A DNA stretch of 64,000 bases from an uncultured delta proteobacterium (GTDB lineage: Bacteria > Desulfobacterota > Binatia > HRBIN30 > BPIQ01). Every line of letters begins with the position of its first letter. Within the stretch, counting starts at the first letter, position 1. The notes beneath the pieces are model-generated. The model did no database searches. It saw only the letters and a list, made by a program, of their open reading frames with translations, and had not been told where the DNA came from. Shown piece by piece: positions 27,508 to 37,259 of the stretch. The stretch lies in the NCBI GenBank assembly GCA_963761335.1, contig CAVXGR010000013.1, forward strand, positions 202,511 through 266,510, read 5' to 3'. The position numbers and the translations under genes are program-made.

Positions 27508-28688
27508 ATGCTGCCCCACGGCGCCTCCTGCGGAATCGTGCACCGCTGCCGGCGGTCGAAGCCGGCGCGCGCGCAACGCTGCAGGTACTCGTCGATGAAC
27601 ATCCGCCAGAGGTGCACCATGCCCTCCATGCCCCGATCGATGTGCTCGAGGCCGCCGCCGAGAAGGACAGCGACGGGCTCGATCAGCGCCGCCTCGGTAA
27701 AGGCGGCGAGGATGATCGGCTCGCCGATGTCGGCGAAACGGTGCATCTGCTCCAGCGCCTGCTCGCGGTCGGCGCTGTGGTCGAGGTAGTACTTCAGCTC
27801 CATCACCCCGTAGGACACGTGCCGCGCTTCGTCCTGGAGGCAGCGGCGGAAGATCTCCTTGTCCACGTGTGTCTTGGCGATCATCTCGCCGGAACGAAAG
27901 ATGGAGAGCACCAGGCCCTCGCTGAGCAGGTTGAGGAGGAAGGTTCCCATGGTGTGCGACGGCGACTCGATGATCGCCTTCAGGGCCCATTCGAATCCCG
28001 GCGCCGCGTGCAGGAGTCCGCCCCCGGCGATGGCGCGCTTGCGGAACACCTCCTGATGCCGCGCCTCGTCGAGCAGCTGCGTCGCCAGGAAGCTCTTCAC
28101 CTCGAGAAAATCCTGCGGGATCCGATACAGCCATTTGGCCGGGAAGTCGCCGGCAATGAACTCCACCTCGGTGAGAAAAGTGCAGAGCTGACAGGTCGCC
28201 TTCTCCAGGTCGTCGGGCAACGGCTGCAGCTCGCCCCACGGGATGTCGCGCGTCGCGTTCCACTGCCGCGCCTTGGCTTCCTCATAGAGGGCGATCACGT
28301 TGTCCGCCCACACCTCGCGGCGCTCGAGAACGACGTAGTCGTCGAGTGTCGGCATCTCCGCGGCGTACGGCTCGCGCACCGAGCCGCGCGCCGCGAAGTT
28401 TCTCCAGCGCGTCACCTCCGGCACCTCGCCGTACGGGGAAACATTGTTGACGTCGGTGTAGGTCAGACCGCGCGAGGAGGGCTTCGCCCGCCGCCCCCAC
28501 GCCGCCCCGTCGGTGTCGAGCCAGTGCAGCGAATACTGTCCGCGCGCCAAGCGCTCGGCGTTGCGCGCCAGTACCGCCATCCACTCCCGGTGACCATCGC
28601 GGAAGGAGGACTCGTAGCTGTCGAGCCCCGGGCCGGCCGCGCCGTCGGGTCTCGAGTGCGGATCTTCTGCGGGCTTTGCTTCCGGCAT
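27504..28688 (-). CDS. Ferritin-like diiron carboxylate enzyme
   Basis: QWNATRDIPW, EVE...DEARH...SEG...DEARH paired ExxH ligands. Confidence 0.85.
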   Translation of the reverse strand: MPEAKPAEDPHSRPDGAAGPGLDSYESSFRDGHREWMAVLARNAERLARGQYSLHWLDTDGAAWGRRAKPSSRGLTYTDVNNVSPYGEVPEVTRWRNFAARGSVREPYAAEMPTLDDYVVLERREVWADNVIALYEEAKARQWNATRDIPWGELQPLPDDLEKATCQLCTFLTEVEFIAGDFPAKWLYRIPQDFLEVKSFLATQLLDEARHQEVFRKRAIAGGGLLHAAPGFEWALKAIIESPSHTMGTFLLNLLSEGLVLSIFRSGEMIAKTHVDKEIFRRCLQDEARHVSYGVMELKYYLDHSADREQALEQMHRFADIGEPIILAAFTEAALIEPVAVLLGGGLEHIDRGMEGMVHLWRMFIDEYLQRCARAGFDRRQRCTIPQEAPWGSM

Positions 28689-28715
28689 TTCAATCCTCCG
28701 AGGAAGTGGAATCGA

Positions 28716-30794
28716 TTACGACGGCGGGCATGGCGACACCGTCCAACGTTGCCGGGGCAGACGCGGCTTCCAGATTGCCCCGCCCGGAGCCGCCGCCCAG
28801 GCGCGGAACAGTCCCGGCTCGTCCGTCAGCGCGTACAATGCCGCGCCGGGCCAGCGCTCGCAAACGAGGCGCGACACGTGTGCGTCCTGCTCCAGGCCCG
28901 GACTCCAGAAGAAGACCCGGGGCTGCGCCTTCTCGTCGCTTGCGGCTTGCGCCTGGCCGATCTCCTCGACGTTGATCGCCGCCAGAGGCCGCGCCGGCAC
29001 CATGGACGCAATGCGGCCGACGTGCAGCCACCAGTTGAGGGCGTAGGGACCACCGTGCTCGAGGAAGAGGGCGTCGGCGTTCGGCGCTCTCGTACCGAGC
29101 GCCTCGAGGCTGATGGTCATCCAGGACTGCGGCAGAATGCGCGGGTTCACCGCTGCAAAGATGACGATCCCGCTGACGGCAATCAATCCCGCACTCCCGA
29201 GAGCGGCGAGCCGCGCCGTCCCCGGCGGCAAGAACGCCCGGCGGATCGCCTCGAAGGCGGAGCCGGCAAACACCGCCAGCGGAACCAGGGCGGCGGCCAG
29301 CCGGGTGTGGGAAACCGCATCGCCGGAGGCGGCAAAGGCCTGCCCGAAAGCCAGCCCCAGCACACCCAGGAGCAGCGCCGCGGCGCGCTTGCGGCGCGCA
29401 TGCGCGAGGGCGAGCACCAAGCCAACGGCGACGAGCGCGGCGCCCAACGGGTCGATCAGCACGTCCCCCCACAGCCGCATCGGCGAGCGGGCGATTGCGA
29501 AGGGGGAGAGAAGCGCTCCGAGGGGGATATCGAAGGGGCCGGAATGACCGGACTCGAGGGCTCTCATCACGCTCAGCGGGCTCATCTGGCCGAAGAGGAT
29601 CATCACCATTTCGCCGAGCTCGCCGCGCCCGCGCGTGTACTTGGCAGCCATGGTGGCGAACGTCTGCAAGTTCGGCAGGTCGGGAAGACGTGCCGCGGCA
29701 CAGGAGAGCAGGGCGACAGTGGCGACGAGCCATGGGAATCTGTCGAGCTGCAGCACGGACCAGGCCATCACCGCGCAGAGGAAGAGAGCCACGAAGACGA
29801 CCGTGGGCTCCGTACCGCTGAAGCCGGCTACGACGCCGAAAGCAGCGAGAGCGGCGGCGGAGCCGAAGTCGCGCACGGCGAAGATGAGCAGCAGGAGAGC
29901 CACGGTGCACAGTGGCGCGATCAGGATCATCCCGGGCTCGAAGGCGGAGGAGAGCACAAAGGGCGAGAACAGAAACACGGCCTGCGCCACGATCGCCGCC
30001 GACGTCCCGACCATCCTCCACACCAGAGCGCCGACGGCGACGGCGCAAAACGCCGCCCAGAAGAGGTGCGCGATCTGCAGCATGGCGAAGGCCGACGACA
30101 GGTGCGCGGGTCCGAGCAGAGGAACACCCTCGAGCATCATGTAGGCGTTGGTGTGTCCCGGCGTGGCGCTGTCGGAGAGCACACGCTGGTGGCGCAGCAC
30201 CACCTCGCCGAGACGTTGCACTTGCAACCACATGTCGACCAGGCTCGCCGCCCGCGGCGAGCGCCACGCCGTGGGCGCGCTCCAGGCGAGCCACACTCCG
30301 GGGGCCACCAGCAGTAGGGCCAGCGCCGCAGCCCGGGAGGACACGAACCGCCGTACGCCCTCGGCCTCTCCCCACAGAAGCACGGCCGCGGGGGCGGCCA
30401 GGAAGGCAAAGTAGAGGGTCTCTGCGAGGCGGTCGAAGCGCGCCGCGAAGAGCCCGGCAATCGCTTGGACGAAGGCGAGAGCGAGAGCGATGCGAAGCCC
30501 CCACGCCCGCCGCCGATCACCGGCATGCGTCGGCACAGCCCGCCTGACATCCCCCAAGCGCAAGGGCAGCGGAGAGCGAATGCCGGCGGCCACCAAGGCG
30601 GCGCCGGCGAGAAGACAGGCAAGGCGGCCGGCGACCCACCACTCCGGCACGCCGGGGAAGAGACGTTGCCACAGGCCAGCGCCGAGGCCGGGGGACAGCG
30701 GCGGAGTGGCCGCGGGCGCACAGAACAATGGCAGGGCGTAGGCGAGAAGGAGGAGTGCGCCGGCGGCCGCCGCCGGGCGCCGCAAGCGGCTCAC
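28716..30794 (-). CDS. GT-C-like polytopic membrane protein, copy 2
   Basis: Same motifs (FPGVPEWWVAGRL, ASLVDMW, FLFSP, PFAIAR..RLWGD..DPL, FWSPG, CERWP); GTG start coupled to the rSAM stop. Confidence 0.65.
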   Translation of the reverse strand: MSRLRRPAAAAGALLLLAYALPLFCAPAATPPLSPGLGAGLWQRLFPGVPEWWVAGRLACLLAGAALVAAGIRSPLPLRLGDVRRAVPTHAGDRRRAWGLRIALALAFVQAIAGLFAARFDRLAETLYFAFLAAPAAVLLWGEAEGVRRFVSSRAAALALLLVAPGVWLAWSAPTAWRSPRAASLVDMWLQVQRLGEVVLRHQRVLSDSATPGHTNAYMMLEGVPLLGPAHLSSAFAMLQIAHLFWAAFCAVAVGALVWRMVGTSAAIVAQAVFLFSPFVLSSAFEPGMILIAPLCTVALLLLIFAVRDFGSAAALAAFGVVAGFSGTEPTVVFVALFLCAVMAWSVLQLDRFPWLVATVALLSCAAARLPDLPNLQTFATMAAKYTRGRGELGEMVMILFGQMSPLSVMRALESGHSGPFDIPLGALLSPFAIARSPMRLWGDVLIDPLGAALVAVGLVLALAHARRKRAAALLLGVLGLAFGQAFAASGDAVSHTRLAAALVPLAVFAGSAFEAIRRAFLPPGTARLAALGSAGLIAVSGIVIFAAVNPRILPQSWMTISLEALGTRAPNADALFLEHGGPYALNWWLHVGRIASMVPARPLAAINVEEIGQAQAASDEKAQPRVFFWSPGLEQDAHVSRLVCERWPGAALYALTDEPGLFRAWAAAPGGAIWKPRLPRQRWTVSPCPPS

Positions 30795-31951
30795 CGGGCC
30801 GGGGCCGCCGGCGCCTCGGAGACGCCGCGCAGCCCGTGCGGACTGCTCCCGATGTACTTCAGATTGCAGCACCCGTGGCACCCCGGATAGATGCGCGCCG
30901 CGCTGGTGTCGCGGCGAAAGGCGCGCAGGCGCTCGCCGTTCCACAGCTCGTGGAGACTCTCGCGCCGCATATCGCCGTCGTCGGCATAGAAGCACATCGG
31001 CGAGTAGCGCCCGTCGGCGTTGATCCCGAGACGGCTCCAGGGGCCCTCGCACATGTACTCGCCGGGGTCGAGCGCCCGGTCGTCGCGGTAGTGGCGCACG
31101 AACTCGTCGATGGGCACGTGCGGGGTCAGGCGGATCTGCATCCCCCAGTCGCGCGCCAGCTCGTAGCAGCGGATCAGCTGGCGGCGGAGGAGATCCGGAT
31201 CCACGCCTTCGGGCGGCCGCTGGGCGCGGCGCAGGAGCTCGAGCTGACCACCCTCGGCGTTGCGCATCAGCTCGTGCTCGGCGAGGAAATTGACCAGGTC
31301 GACGCCCAGGCTGCGCGCCAGGTGCATGAAATCCACCATGGCGCCGACCGTCTGCCGGGTGACCACCAGCTTCACGTCGAGCTTGGGGAACACCTTCTTG
31401 GCCGCGGCGCGCAGGCGCACCATGTGACGGATGCCGTCGATCGAGCGCTGCCAGCTTCCTTTGCGCTGCACGATGCGATCGTGCAGCTCCTCGTCCCCTT
31501 CGAGACTCACCTCGACCAGGACCAGCCCGTTCTGCCAGAGTCGTCGCGGCGCCAGGTCGATGTAGTCGCGGGCCACATCCTCGTCGATCAGAGAGCCGTT
31601 GGTGATGATATGCACGCGGTGACGGCGCGCCGCGTGCGCCAGGATCTCGGGAAAGTCCTTGCGCACCAGGGTCTCGCCGCCGGCGAAGCTGAGCAGACGA
31701 CCGCGCGGAAAGTCGTCGATGTAGCGCACGATGTCGGCGAAGCTCAGGTCGCGGGCGGAGGGACCGTGCGGCTTCGCCTTGCCCTCGATGATGTCGAGGT
31801 AGTGGCAGAAGTTGCAGCGCAGGTTACAGCGATAGGTGACCTCGATCAACATGTGGATCGGCAGGAAGGCGCGCCCGTCCTTCCACAGCAGGCGGGGTAT
31901 GGTCCCGTGAAGCTCGAAGGCCTTCTCGAGCACCCAGCTCAGGTTCACCAT
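30791..31951 (-). CDS. Radical SAM/SPASM(Twitch) enzyme, paralog A
   Basis: CNLRCNFC, GGE, ITNG; C-terminal C...W.....DG...P.C ... GCHGCC. Confidence 0.9.
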   Translation of the reverse strand: MVNLSWVLEKAFELHGTIPRLLWKDGRAFLPIHMLIEVTYRCNLRCNFCHYLDIIEGKAKPHGPSARDLSFADIVRYIDDFPRGRLLSFAGGETLVRKDFPEILAHAARRHRVHIITNGSLIDEDVARDYIDLAPRRLWQNGLVLVEVSLEGDEELHDRIVQRKGSWQRSIDGIRHMVRLRAAAKKVFPKLDVKLVVTRQTVGAMVDFMHLARSLGVDLVNFLAEHELMRNAEGGQLELLRRAQRPPEGVDPDLLRRQLIRCYELARDWGMQIRLTPHVPIDEFVRHYRDDRALDPGEYMCEGPWSRLGINADGRYSPMCFYADDGDMRRESLHELWNGERLRAFRRDTSAARIYPGCHGCCNLKYIGSSPHGLRGVSEAPAAPAR

Positions 31952-33147
31952 GGCGGATCTTCCTGTGGTCGGGCGGCGGGGATGGCGGAAGGACGTTGCC
32001 GCGTTTCCTCGGCCCTCACCCCGCGGAGCCCGAACTCGAGGCTGCCGACGTACTTCAGGTTGCAGCAGCCGTGGCACCCCGGATAGATCGCCGCGTCGCG
32101 CACCTGACTGCGAAAGCGGCGCAGGGGCACTCCGTTCCAGGCCTCGCGCATGGATACCTCGCGCATGTCACCGGTGGCGAAGTAGGGGCACACGGTTCCG
32201 GTGCGCCCGTCGGCGGCGACTCCGACGCGGCTCCACACGCCCTCGCAGGCGTACTCCGAAGAGTCGAGGGCCCGGTCCTCCTGATAATGGCGGACGAACT
32301 CGTCGATGGGCAGGCGCGGCGTCAGGCGGATCTGCAGCCCCAGCTGGCGCTCGAGCTCGTAGCAGCGAATGAGCTGTCGGCGCAGGAACGCCGGATCGAC
32401 GCCCTGCGGCGGTCGCTGCGGCCGCCAGAGATGCTTCTGCTGCTCGCCGTCGGCGTTTCCCTTCAGGTCGTGCTCGGCGAGGAAGTTCACCAGATCGACC
32501 CCGAGCTCCTTCGCCAGATGCATGAAATCGACCATGCCGCCGACGGTATCACGGGTGACCACCAGCTTGAGATCCAGCTTGGGGAAGGGCTTTCTCGACT
32601 CCCCCCGCAGGCGCGCCAGGTGTCGCACTCCGTCGACCGCGCGCCGCCAGCTTCCGGGTCGCCCGCTCACCCGGTCGTGGGTCCGCTCGTCGCCCTGGAG
32701 GCTGACCTCCAACAGGACCAGGCCGCTCTGCCAGATGCGGCGCGGCGCCAGGTCGATGTAGGCCCGCGCCACCCCCTCATCGATCAGCACGCCGTTGGTG
32801 ATGATGTGCACCCGATGGCCGCGAGCCGCGTACGCGAGGATCTCGGGGAAATCCTTGCGCACCGTCGTCTCTCCGCCAACGAAGCTGATCAGCCGGCCGC
32901 GCGGAAACTCGTCGATCCAGCGGCGCAGGTGCCCGATCTCCACGTCCCCGCGCGACGGCCCCACCGGCTTCCGCCGGCCTTCGATGATGTCCAGGTATTG
33001 GCAGAAGTTGCAGCGCAGGTTGCAGCGATAGGTGACCTCCATGAGCATGTGGAGTGGCGAGAAGGCGCGCCCGTCTCTCCACAGCAGCCGCGGAATCGTG
33101 CCGTGAATCTCGAACAGCCGCTCGAGTACCCAGCTGAGGTTCACCAT
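31945..33147 (-). CDS. Radical SAM/SPASM(Twitch) enzyme, paralog B
   Basis: CNLRCNFC; colinear with paralog A; stop overlaps the start of A. Confidence 0.9.
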   Translation of the reverse strand: MVNLSWVLERLFEIHGTIPRLLWRDGRAFSPLHMLMEVTYRCNLRCNFCQYLDIIEGRRKPVGPSRGDVEIGHLRRWIDEFPRGRLISFVGGETTVRKDFPEILAYAARGHRVHIITNGVLIDEGVARAYIDLAPRRIWQSGLVLLEVSLQGDERTHDRVSGRPGSWRRAVDGVRHLARLRGESRKPFPKLDLKLVVTRDTVGGMVDFMHLAKELGVDLVNFLAEHDLKGNADGEQQKHLWRPQRPPQGVDPAFLRRQLIRCYELERQLGLQIRLTPRLPIDEFVRHYQEDRALDSSEYACEGVWSRVGVAADGRTGTVCPYFATGDMREVSMREAWNGVPLRRFRSQVRDAAIYPGCHGCCNLKYVGSLEFGLRGVRAEETRQRPSAIPAARPQEDPPW

Positions 33148-33351
33148 CAATTTGCGGATCCGAACCTCAGAGATATTCCGCCCGAAGCGCCGAAGTCAAT
33201 TGTTTCCTCGGTTTCCGTGGGAGCGCCGCCAGCTTGGCCGCCTCTGCTCTTTAACAGCCGCTTGCGGTCGGGACGGCCGCGCTCTCACGCTAAAGTCCAT
33301 GATTCCTCTCGATTGCCAACTCCGAAGCCGGCGCGTTATACCCGGCCTTTC

Positions 33352-35538
33352 ATGCCCGCAACCGCAGACCGCAAGACTGGAGATGGCGTCATTCTCGCCA
33401 TCGCCCTCGCCCTTCTCCTGGTCTACGCGCTGCCGGTGTTCTTCCCGCCGCCTCCGCTCTCGAGCGCTCCGGCGACGGCGGCAACCCCCCTGCTGACGCG
33501 CGTCTTCCCACAGGTGCCGGGCTGGTGGGTCGCCGGGCGCCTGCTGGCGCTGCTGCTGGGGGCCGTCCTCATCGGCAGCCGCGGCGGAGGGGTGCGGATC
33601 CGCTTTCCGGCCCCGGGGGAAACCGCGGCCGGTGCCGACGGCCCTTGGGCGCTGCGCCTGGCGCTGCTTGCCGCCGTGGTGCAGTTCGCCTGCCTGCCCT
33701 TCGTCCACCACCTCCCGGACCTCGCCAAGACCATTTACCTACTCTGGCTCGTGGTTCCAGCGGTGATCCTCCTGCTGGCCCGTGTCGGGCGCGTCATCCG
33801 TCAGGGTAGAAGCGGCGTCTCGCCGCTTTCGGAATCGCCGGAACGCCACTTCTTCTCCGTGCCGGGCTGGGCCTGGGGCACGGCGGCGATCGTCCTCGTG
33901 TGGGCAGCGGTGCGTCTGGCGGCGTCATGGCACTCGGCGATCGTCGCCGACTGCGTCGACATGTTCCGCACCCTCGGCGGCCTCGTGCGCCTGGCGACCA
34001 CCAACGCCGACGTGATGACCGCATCGATGGGCATCAAGGAGGGGGTGGGCGACATCGAGGTGGTCGGCGTCAATGCCGTGCAGCTCTTCTACGAGGGGCT
34101 GCCGTTTCTGCGGCTCTTCTCTCACACGCCCTGCATGTGGTGGATGCAGGTTTTCAACGCCATCTGGATCGGCCTCGCGGGAGGGCTGGTGGCGGTGCTG
34201 TGTCGAACCCTGATCGGCGGCCGCGCGGCCCCGGTGGCGACCGCCGCCTTCCTCTTCTCGCCGTACATGTTGACGGTGCAGATCCTGCCGGTGCCAACGG
34301 TCTGCATCCCGCTCGTGGTTCTGCTCGTGCTGTTGCCGCTGCGATTCTACCGCTCCGGATCGGCTCTGGCGCTGGTCTTTCTCGGCGGGCTCACCGGTTT
34401 CACGGCGACACTGCCGTCGATTACCCTGATGACCGGGCTGGCGATCCTCGTCGTCGCCTGGAGGATCTGGAGCGGGCCGCGTGTGTCACGCCTCGCCCTC
34501 GTCACGGCGATCATGCTGTTCGTCTCCTTCAGCACGCCGAACATCCCGACCTGGACCGCCCTCCGCGAGGCCTACAACTGGTACGTGCTGAAGAGCTGGC
34601 CCATGTCCGTGGGGGTGGAGACGCTCCAGGGTCAGATCTCACCGAGCGCGACGACCTGGACCAAGGTGGATCCGCCGGGGACGCCGCTGCTGATGGCGGC
34701 AACCCTGGTGTCGCCTTTCGCCACGCCGCGGAACTCGCTGCGCAACTGGGGCGACGTCGTCTTCGAGCCGCTGAGCGCCGCTCTCTGCGCCATCGGCCTC
34801 GTCCTCTGCCTCCGCCAGCTCTTCCGCAGTCAAGGATCGCTCTACCTGATGGCTTTTCTCGCCGCCGGCTTCATCCCCGGCTTCGTCTCCAGCTACGACC
34901 GGCCGTCGCTGACGCGCATCTACGGGGTCACCGTGCCGCTCGCCGTCCTCGCGGCGATCGGCTTGCTCGGCGTGCTGGCGGCGGCGCGCCGGCTGCGCTG
35001 GCGGGTGAGCATGGCCACCGCCGTCGCCATCGGCGCCAGCGGCCTGCTGATCTTCGACGTGGTGAACCCGCGCATCCTCTCGCAATCGACGTGGGGGCTG
35101 CTCATGCGCTCGGTGGACGTCGCCTGGCTGGATCGCGTCGCCATGCTCACCGCGGAGGGGCGGGCGCTCAACCAGAACAAGGTCGCCGACAACGCGCAGC
35201 TCTGGGAGGCCGACTGGCTGCGGCACTACCATCCGTATATTTCCGAGCTGGCACGCTGTGCGCCGCGGCACTCGGTGCCGATCATCGCCATCCAGAAGCC
35301 CGAGGAGCTGCAGGCCTACGACCTGCTCTTCTGGAACCCCGCCCTCGACCAGACGATCCAGATCACCCGCCGCGACATCTGCCGCTTGTGGCCCGACGCC
35401 ACCCTCTACACCATTTTCGATCGGGCGGGACTGTCGCGCGTCTACGCCGCCCAGATCCACGGCTCCGACTGGCGCCCGTCGCTGCCGCAGAAGCAGTGGA
35501 GCACGAGGAGCTGCGGGGAGGCGGATGTTGGGGGTTGA
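33352..35538 (+). CDS. GT-C-like polytopic membrane protein, copy 3
   Basis: FPQVPGWWVAGRL, ADCVDMF, FLFSP, PFATPR..RNWGD..FEPL, YDRPSLTR, FWNP, CRLWP. Confidence 0.65.
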   Translation: MPATADRKTGDGVILAIALALLLVYALPVFFPPPPLSSAPATAATPLLTRVFPQVPGWWVAGRLLALLLGAVLIGSRGGGVRIRFPAPGETAAGADGPWALRLALLAAVVQFACLPFVHHLPDLAKTIYLLWLVVPAVILLLARVGRVIRQGRSGVSPLSESPERHFFSVPGWAWGTAAIVLVWAAVRLAASWHSAIVADCVDMFRTLGGLVRLATTNADVMTASMGIKEGVGDIEVVGVNAVQLFYEGLPFLRLFSHTPCMWWMQVFNAIWIGLAGGLVAVLCRTLIGGRAAPVATAAFLFSPYMLTVQILPVPTVCIPLVVLLVLLPLRFYRSGSALALVFLGGLTGFTATLPSITLMTGLAILVVAWRIWSGPRVSRLALVTAIMLFVSFSTPNIPTWTALREAYNWYVLKSWPMSVGVETLQGQISPSATTWTKVDPPGTPLLMAATLVSPFATPRNSLRNWGDVVFEPLSAALCAIGLVLCLRQLFRSQGSLYLMAFLAAGFIPGFVSSYDRPSLTRIYGVTVPLAVLAAIGLLGVLAAARRLRWRVSMATAVAIGASGLLIFDVVNPRILSQSTWGLLMRSVDVAWLDRVAMLTAEGRALNQNKVADNAQLWEADWLRHYHPYISELARCAPRHSVPIIAIQKPEELQAYDLLFWNPALDQTIQITRRDICRLWPDATLYTIFDRAGLSRVYAAQIHGSDWRPSLPQKQWSTRSCGEADVGG

Positions 35539-35584
35539 GGTGTGCGGCCTTGAGGAGATCTGGGCTCTGTGAGATCTTTCCCGC

Positions 35585-35812
35585 ATGGGTGTCACGGGCC
35601 GCAGAACCCTCGCCGACGAAGTGGCGAAGCACTTCCATGGCACGCCTGCGTCGCGGCTGCGCACCGCCCGCCGACTCGGGCGGCGCGCTCTCGAGCTGTT
35701 TCGCGCCACGCTGCCCGAAGCGACGTCACTGAACGAAGCGCGGCGGCAGCTCGAGATTCGGAAACACCACGGACGGCGACGGAGCGGGGCAGTCGAGGCG
35801 CTGCGGGGATGA
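35585..35812 (+). CDS. Small hypothetical protein (candidate antitoxin)
   Basis: 75 aa; ATGA overlap with the downstream nucleotidyltransferase. Confidence 0.5.
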   Translation: MGVTGRRTLADEVAKHFHGTPASRLRTARRLGRRALELFRATLPEATSLNEARRQLEIRKHHGRRRSGAVEALRG

Positions 35813-36339
35813 GCCTGGTGGGCGATGTGATCGCCTACCTTGGAAAGCGCCGGGTGAAATGTGCGCTGATCGGGGGAGAGGCGCTGGCTGTTCACGGGGT
35901 CGCCCGGGCCACTGTCGACTCCGATGTCATGGTCGCCAGTCCCGAGGCGTTGCAGGATGAGTTCTGGTCGAGGCTCGTTCCGCATGCGGTAGTGGAAAGC
36001 CGTCGCGGCGACACCGATGATCCGCTCGTTGGGTTGGTGCGCATCCGCCGGCGCCGCGAGCAGACCGACGTCATCGTCGGGCGTCCATGGGTGCGCCGCA
36101 TGCTCGAGCGGACCATTGATATCCGCGTCGGGACGGAGAACCTCCCCGTCGTCGATCGAGTCGACCTGATTCTTCTCAAGCTGTTTGCCGCCGGGCCACA
36201 AGATCTCCTCGATATCCGCCTCTTGCTCGCCTCCGCAGGCGAGGAGCTTCCCGAGCAGATCGAACAGCGCCTGGCCGGCATGCCTGCCGAGATCGCTCGC
36301 GCCTGGCGCCGCCTGCATCGGGCCCCACCGGGACGTTGA
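35809..36339 (+). CDS. Pol-beta superfamily nucleotidyltransferase (AbiEii/DUF6036-like)
   Basis: LIGGEALAVHG..RATVDSD and LILLKL.A...QD..D motifs. Confidence 0.75.
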   Translation: MSLVGDVIAYLGKRRVKCALIGGEALAVHGVARATVDSDVMVASPEALQDEFWSRLVPHAVVESRRGDTDDPLVGLVRIRRRREQTDVIVGRPWVRRMLERTIDIRVGTENLPVVDRVDLILLKLFAAGPQDLLDIRLLLASAGEELPEQIEQRLAGMPAEIARAWRRLHRAPPGR

Positions 36340-36387
36340 TTGACGGCGGTTCCGACGCAACATATCCCGTCCTCACGGAGACGCCGC

Positions 36388-37200
36388 ATGACCGACTTCG
36401 ACACAGACGCCTATCTGGAACGCCTGGGGATGTCCGCGGCACCCGAGCCGACTGTTGAGGGGCTCGCGGCGTTGCACCGGGCGCAGGCGTTCACCATTCC
36501 GTTCGAGAACTTCGACATCCTCCTGGAGCGGGGCATCTCGCTGGATCCGGCGGCCGTTTTCGACAAGCTGGTCCGGCGGCAGCGCGGCGGCTACTGCTTC
36601 GAGCTCAATGGCCTGTTCCTGGAGGCGCTGCGCGCCTTCGGATTCGAGGTGCGCCCGCTGCTAGGGCGCGTCCACATCATGGGCGCGCCGACCGGACGCT
36701 CCCATCAGGTCAGCCTGGTGCGAATCGGCGGCGAGGACTGGATTGCCGACGTCGGATTCGGCGCCGCCACCGCGCCCGTGCCGATGCGCCTGGTGATGGA
36801 GCAGCCGGCTGCCGTCCACGATTCGACTCGCCGCTACGTGGAGAACCCCCTGTTCGGGGTCATGCTGCAGATGCAGACACCGGATGGATGGGCGAACCTC
36901 TACAGCTTCGACCTGGGTCATGTCTGCGACGCCGACCGGGAGATGGGCAACCACTTCACCTCGAGCCATCCGCTGTCGTTCTTCACCTGGACGCGGGTCG
37001 CCTCGCGGCCGACGCCGAGGGGGCGGGTCTCCCTGATGGACTTCAGGCTGCGAACCGTGACCGACGGCGAGGAGGGCACCGCCACGCTCGAGCCGGGGGC
37101 CGCCTACCTCGCCGGCCTCCGGGAACATTTCGGCATCGCGCTGGACGCACCCTACGAAGCCTTACGGCCGGTGCGCGCCGACAACCAGATCGGCATCTGA
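36388..37200 (+). CDS. nhoA: Arylamine N-acetyltransferase
   Basis: YL.R.G, IPFEN, RGGYCFELN (Cys), SH (His), ADVGFG (Asp) catalytic triad. Confidence 0.9.
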   Translation: MTDFDTDAYLERLGMSAAPEPTVEGLAALHRAQAFTIPFENFDILLERGISLDPAAVFDKLVRRQRGGYCFELNGLFLEALRAFGFEVRPLLGRVHIMGAPTGRSHQVSLVRIGGEDWIADVGFGAATAPVPMRLVMEQPAAVHDSTRRYVENPLFGVMLQMQTPDGWANLYSFDLGHVCDADREMGNHFTSSHPLSFFTWTRVASRPTPRGRVSLMDFRLRTVTDGEEGTATLEPGAAYLAGLREHFGIALDAPYEALRPVRADNQIGI

Positions 37201-37205
37201 ACGCA

Positions 37206-37235
37206 GCGCGGGGCACGATGCCTCGTGCCCCGCGT
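37206..37235. terminator. GC hairpin between convergent genes (REP-like or bidirectional terminator)
   Basis: gcgcggggcacga-tgcc-tcgtgccccgcgt. Confidence 0.6.
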
Positions 37236-37259
37236 TCGACTCCTGACCCGGCGTCTGGT

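Noticed and set aside
22878-30317. 1056-aa (-) and 901-aa (+) ORFs and other Arg/Gly/Pro-rich frames
   Set aside because: Off-frame or antisense shadows of real genes
30791-33147. RiPP (ranthipeptide/mycofactocin-type) cluster
   Set aside because: No adjacent precursor, RRE/PqqD domain, peptidase or transporter; neighbours are glycosyl and lipid enzymes
31996-33351. N-terminal 452 aa of the 1180-aa ORF as a fusion protein
   Set aside because: Antisense to rSAM paralog B; alignment with the GT-C paralogs places the start at 33352. The same logic trims ORFs 37260-39737, 24830-26698 and 27019-28263
36388-37200. NAT as a RifF-like amide synthase of the cluster
   Set aside because: No PKS or AHBA genes; it looks like an ordinary arylamine N-acetyltransferase
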